A DNA stretch of 64,000 nucleotides, the filler included, from a bacterium (GTDB taxonomy: Bacteria; JBBIVP01), in NCBI GenBank assembly GCA_037439705.1. It is 4 parts of 4 records of this genome, joined end to end, with 100 filler letters (N's around TTAATTAATTAA, not from the genome) between each part and the next. Parts side by side here need not be neighbours in the genome. Positions count along the whole stretch, not along the records: positions 57,961 to 64,000 come from JBBIVP010000130.1; 3 more parts are not named here. One strand, 5' to 3'. The translations under genes and the position numbers were made by a program. Below, piece by piece: positions 60,126-64,000 of the stretch (within the stretch, counting starts at the first letter, position 1; each line of letters begins with the position of its first letter). Below the pieces are notes generated by a model, which was not told the origin of the DNA, searched no databases, and was given only the letters and a program-made list of their open reading frames with translations.

Positions 60126-61127
60126 GGTTCTGATAGTTGATGATTCCATCGTTGTGAGGGAATCAATAAAAGAAGTTCTTTCAAGTGACCCAGAAATAGA
60201 AATAGTTGGTGAAGCAGAAAATGGAAAGATAGCAATAGAAAAGGTCATTGAAACAAAACCCAATGTTGTCCTCATGGACATAATGATGCCCGTAATGGAT
60301 GGGCTTGAAGCCACAAAGCGAATAATGGAGGTTTATCCTGTTCCTATTCTTATTATGAGTTCTCTTATAGAAGAACCTCCTTCCGGAAAGTTTACATTCA
60401 AAGCAATAAAGAGCGGAGCAGTAGATGTCTTGAAAAAGCCGAAAAGAATTTTTGGGGGTATGGAAGAAAGGACAAGGGAGGAGATAATTGAAAAGTTAAA
60501 ATACATAGCAAGGGTTGAGATTTNNNNNNNNNNNNAGAAAAATTCAAAAAAATATCTCCCATTCCTGCTGTAAAGAGAAAAATACTTCTTATAGGTGCTT
60601 CAGCTGGTGGCCCCAGGGCTGTTATTTCTGTGCTTAAAGGTTTAAAAAAAGACTTTCCGGCTCCTGTGATAGTTGCTCAACACATGGCTTCGGAGTTTGT
60701 AGAGGGTTTCAGCAGGTGGCTTCAAGAAGAAATTCCTTTTACTGTCTCTCTTGTGGAGAAAAGAGAACCGCTTCGGAATGGAGTTGTTTATGTCCCGGCT
60801 GGCGGGTGTCATGCGATAATAAAAGAAGGGGAAATAGTGTTTGAGAAAAGCAATAATCCATTAGAGATTACTCCCTCAGTTGATATGTTATTTAGTTCTG
60901 CATCAAGATATTTTGGAGAAGGTTGTGTAGGGGTAATTCTTTCGGGAATAGGTAAGGATGGTGCAGAAGGAGCCAGAAATATATTGAAGGCTGGGGGATT
61001 TGTTCTTGCTCAGGATGAGGGTTCATCCACTGTTTACGGAATGCCGAGGGCAGCAGTAGAAATTGGGGGTGTAAAGACAGTTCTACCACTTTCTGAGATT
61101 CCCCATTATTTGAACTCAATTTTTTAA
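60103..61127 (+). CDS. cheB: CheB-type protein-glutamate methylesterase, spans N gap 60524-60535
   Basis: Receiver domain; GASAGGP, AQHM, PSVD, SGIGKDGA, STVYGMP. Confidence 0.88.
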
Positions 61128-61241
61128 ATTACACAAATTGTAACTTGTAGCCTGAAAGGAAAAATTTTTATTTTCTTGACATAAATTTAGGNNNNNNNNN
61201 NNNNNNNNNNNNNNNNNNNNNNNNNNNNNNNNNNNNNCCTA

Positions 61242-61275
61242 AGAGGGCCCCCGAAGAGGGGGCCTTTTATTTTTT
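61242..61275 (+). terminator. Rho-independent terminator
   Basis: GGCCCCC-GAAGA-GGGGGCC followed by TTTTATTTTTT. Confidence 0.8.
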
Positions 61276-61339
61276 GTTTTTCTTGAAAATATGGAAAAAA
61301 TGGAGATAATAAAGAAAATTTTAAAAAGGAGGAAGAAAG

Positions 61340-62206
61340 ATGGGATTGAATAAAGCATGTCTTGGAAAGAAATATAAGCCAGGAATAGTTTTTAAGGTTT
61401 TAAAGGAACCTACACCTGAAGTTCCATTTGGCACAAAAACATACGCGCTTGGATATAACGATGATAACCCTTGGTTCCTTGATGAGTCAAGACAGGGTGG
61501 AATAATTGCTCCACCCATGTTCGGAGTTGTTTACTCAGGACCTGTTGTGGCACTTTCTTTTTTTGATGAAGAACTCAATGTGAACATGCCAAGACTCGTT
61601 CACGGAGAACAGGATATGTACTTTCACGGTGTTGTTAGACCTGGTGACGAAATAAGGAGTGAGGGAGAGATTTCAGAGATTCTTGAGAAAGAAACAGGAG
61701 AGATTTATTCAGTAAATGTCAGGAGCTGGAACCAAAAAGACGAAATGGTTCTTGATGCGAAATATACCTTCTTCATAAGAGGTGAAAAGAAGGGAGCAAA
61801 AAGAGAGGAAAAAGAAGAGACTTATCCTACTCCTGTTTTTTCTCAGACAATGAAATTGAAAGAAAATCAGAGCCTCATATATGCTGAGGCTTCAGGAGAT
61901 AGAAATCCCATTCATACAGACGAAAATTTTGCGAAGATGGTGGGACTTCCTGGAATTATACTTCAGGGTTTGTGCACAATGGCAATCGCTCAGAAGGCAA
62001 TAATAGACGAGGTTTGTGGACGGGACCCTACAAAGCTCAAAAGGCTCAAGGTGAGATTTTCTAAGCCGGTTCTTAATGGAGAAACTCTTACGACGAAAGG
62101 ATGGATTATTGAAAAGAGAGATGATAGAACTGTTCTCGGTTTCATCGTTGAGAATCAGAATGGAGTGATAGTGGTAAAAGACGGATTGGCGGAGGTGATA
62201 AAATGA
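61340..62206 (+). CDS. Double hot-dog MaoC-family (R)-enoyl-CoA hydratase/dehydratase
   Basis: LVHGEQ; ASGDRNPIHTD hydratase-2 motif; RFSKPV. Confidence 0.85.
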   Translation: MGLNKACLGKKYKPGIVFKVLKEPTPEVPFGTKTYALGYNDDNPWFLDESRQGGIIAPPMFGVVYSGPVVALSFFDEELNVNMPRLVHGEQDMYFHGVVRPGDEIRSEGEISEILEKETGEIYSVNVRSWNQKDEMVLDAKYTFFIRGEKKGAKREEKEETYPTPVFSQTMKLKENQSLIYAEASGDRNPIHTDENFAKMVGLPGIILQGLCTMAIAQKAIIDEVCGRDPTKLKRLKVRFSKPVLNGETLTTKGWIIEKRDDRTVLGFIVENQNGVIVVKDGLAEVIK

Positions 62207-63297
62207 AGAAGATAAGAGTTGGTATTGTTTGAGCAACAGGAATAGCGGGTCAACAATTCTTACCTTCTCTTGATAACCATCCATGGATGGAGGTAGTATG
62301 TCTCGCTGCTTCAGAGAAATCAGCTGGAAAAAGGTATAAAGAGGCACTAACCGACCCAAAAACCCTTACGCTCAGATGGTATGTGAATGAACCTATGCCC
62401 TTCTGGGCAGAAAATATGAAGGTTTTGAGCCCTGAGTCCCTTCCGATGAAAGAGATTGACCTAATTTTTACAGCAGTTGAAGCTGATGTAGCAAAGGAGA
62501 TAGAGCCAATTTATGCAAAAGAGGTGCCTGTTATAAGCACTGCTTCTGCATTCAGGTATGAAGAGGATGTCCCCATATTCATTCCAGGAATAAATATGGA
62601 CCATGTGGCTCTTCTTGATGTGCAGAGAAAAAAGAGGGGTTGGAAAGGTTTCATAACTCCCATTCCAAACTGCACAACGACAGGACTTGCTGCTTCCCTT
62701 AAACCTTTACAGGAAAAATTTGGGCTTAAAAAGGTAATAATGACATCCATGCAGGCACTTTCTGGTGCTGGAAGGTCTCCAGGAGTTATTGGGCTTGACA
62801 TACTTGATAATCTCATTCCCTATATCCATAAAGAAGAGGAGAAGGTAGAAAAGGAAACTGCCAAAATACTCGGAACTTTTAAGAATGGAACCATAGAACC
62901 CGCTCCAATTGATGTCTCAGCGACATGCACAAGGGTAAATGTTCTTGACGGGCATACAGAGGCTGTTTTTGTCTCTCTCGGAAGGAAGGCGAGGGTGGAA
63001 GAGGTGAAAAATGCTTTTCTTGAATATGGAAAGGAATACATTTCCCTCAAACTTCCTTCTTCCCCCCCATCACTTTTTGTAGTTTATGATGACCCAATGA
63101 GACCCCAGCCTCGCCTTGACAGGGATATAAATGGTGGAATGTCGGTGATTATAGGCAGAATAAGGGAGGATAAGTGTCTTGAGAATGGAATAAAGTATGT
63201 CCTTCTCTCTCATAATACGAAGATAGGTGCTGCAAAAGGAGCAGTGGCAGTGGCAGAATATTTGATATTTAAAAATTACATAACGAGGAGGAGTTAA
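62203..63297 (+). CDS. asd: Aspartate-semialdehyde dehydrogenase (archaeal/fungal-type), one in-frame TGA at 62230-62232
   Basis: MKKIRVGIV*ATGIAGQQF; PNCTTTG, QALSGAG, GHTE, SHNT..GAA. Confidence 0.85.
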
Positions 63298-63305
63298 AGA
63301 GGTTT

Positions 63306-64000
63306 GTGAGAACAGTTTTTTATTCTGCAATCGTTTTGATGGGAGGGGTGATGGTCTTTTTTCTCCTCATTCCAGTTTTAAAACTCATTCTTGGAACAAA
63401 TCCTTCTCAACTTATTCGGACAATGATGGAGGAGGAGGTTTTAAGGTCAATAATTCTTACCATAAGATGCGCACTTGGAGCCACTGCCTTCGCTATCCTC
63501 TTTGGGACTCCTCTCGCTTACATTCTTGCAAGGTTTGATTTTAAAGGAAAGTCTTTACTTCAGAGTTTCATAGACCTTCCACTGGTTATTCCTCATTCTT
63601 CAGCAGGAATAGCCCTTCTTCTCGTATTTGGAAGGAGATTTTTCATTGGGAAATTTTTTGACAGGATTGGAATAGGTTTTGTTGGGACAGAATTTGGAAT
63701 AATGACCGCTATGGCTTTTGTGAGTGCGCCGTTTTATATAAATGCTGTGAGAGATGGTATTTCTTTTGTGGATGTAAGGTTTGAAAAGGTGGCAAGGACC
63801 CTCGGGGCTTCTCCTTTGAAAGTATTTTTTAAAATCACCCTTCCACTTTCGTGGAGGTCAATAGTTACGGGTGCGGTTACCATGTGGGCGAGGAGCATAA
63901 GTGAATTCGGTGCGGTGGTAATAATTGCTTATCATCCAATGACCGCTTCTGTTCTTGTATTTGACAGGTTTGAGAGTTTTGGATTAACCCATGCAGCACC
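63306..64000 (+). CDS. Tungstate/molybdate ABC transporter permease (WtpB/ModB), 3' truncated, absent from ORF track
   Basis: Own translation: GTPLAYILAR, IDLPLVIPHSSAG, ARTLGAS, WARSISEFGAV. Confidence 0.85.
   Translation, partial: MRTVFYSAIVLMGGVMVFFLLIPVLKLILGTNPSQLIRTMMEEEVLRSIILTIRCALGATAFAILFGTPLAYILARFDFKGKSLLQSFIDLPLVIPHSSAGIALLLVFGRRFFIGKFFDRIGIGFVGTEFGIMTAMAFVSAPFYINAVRDGISFVDVRFEKVARTLGASPLKVFFKITLPLSWRSIVTGAVTMWARSISEFGAVVIIAYHPMTASVLVFDRFESFGLTHAA

Noticed and set aside
45182-60535. Apparent split genes pit, NtrC-like regulator and cheB
   Set aside because: Breaks coincide with N gaps (45182-45191, 48434-48443, 60524-60535), so they are not pseudogenes
62203-63297. Malonyl-/succinyl-CoA reductase (ASD paralogue) suggested by the adjacent MaoC gene
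   Set aside because: Nothing in the sequence distinguishes it from ordinary archaeal-type ASD; a phylogeny would be needed
14-63330. Numerous 60-175 aa ORFs antisense to or nested in larger genes
   Set aside because: Shadow ORFs of well-supported genes, with no recognisable motifs
1-64000. Whole-genome UGA reassignment (code 4 or 25)
   Set aside because: Many genes end at TGA at the expected position, with ATGA overlaps (addA, addB, maoC, GRE); only two internal TGAs were seen

Overview
This window is four concatenated contigs or scaffolds (1-19678, 19779-39219, 39320-57860, 57961-64000) joined by artificial 100-nt N/TTAATTAATTAA/N spacers, with four small internal N gaps. It is an AT-rich, gene-dense bacterial draft genome. 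The E/K-rich proteins, class III and multiheme cytochromes, giant TPR protein and DUF4388 regulator suggest a possibly thermophilic, anaerobic deltaproteobacterium-like (Myxococcota/Desulfobacterota-like) organism; this is inference only. Housekeeping genes are addA/addB-like, ilvA, rsmE, trpB2, a sirtuin, rimO, leuS, ychF, pit, rsmA, tsaD, the 3' end of rpoC and asd. Highlights: (1) a divergent glycyl radical enzyme (GCIE Cys loop, KVSGY Gly loop, long basic amphipathic insertion) with its activating enzyme, coupled to a giant TPR gene; (2) single in-frame TGA codons in that activase and in asd, most simply base errors; (3) a DsbA-Pal/OmpA fusion; (4) a 62-bp non-coding repeat found twice, each copy ending 6-8 bp upstream of a sigma70 -35 box; (5) six genes whose -10 box lies exactly 6 nt before an SD-less start codon, suggesting leaderless mRNAs; (6) a recurring lipid-handling gene set (tandem SCP2, acyl-CoA ligase-SCP2 fusion, FadL plus lipoprotein, TatP-like DctP, MaoC, phasin); (7) a membrane-anchored multiheme cytochrome pair. 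I found no CRISPR array, rRNA, tRNA or transposase. All calls come from reading motifs; no database searches were run.
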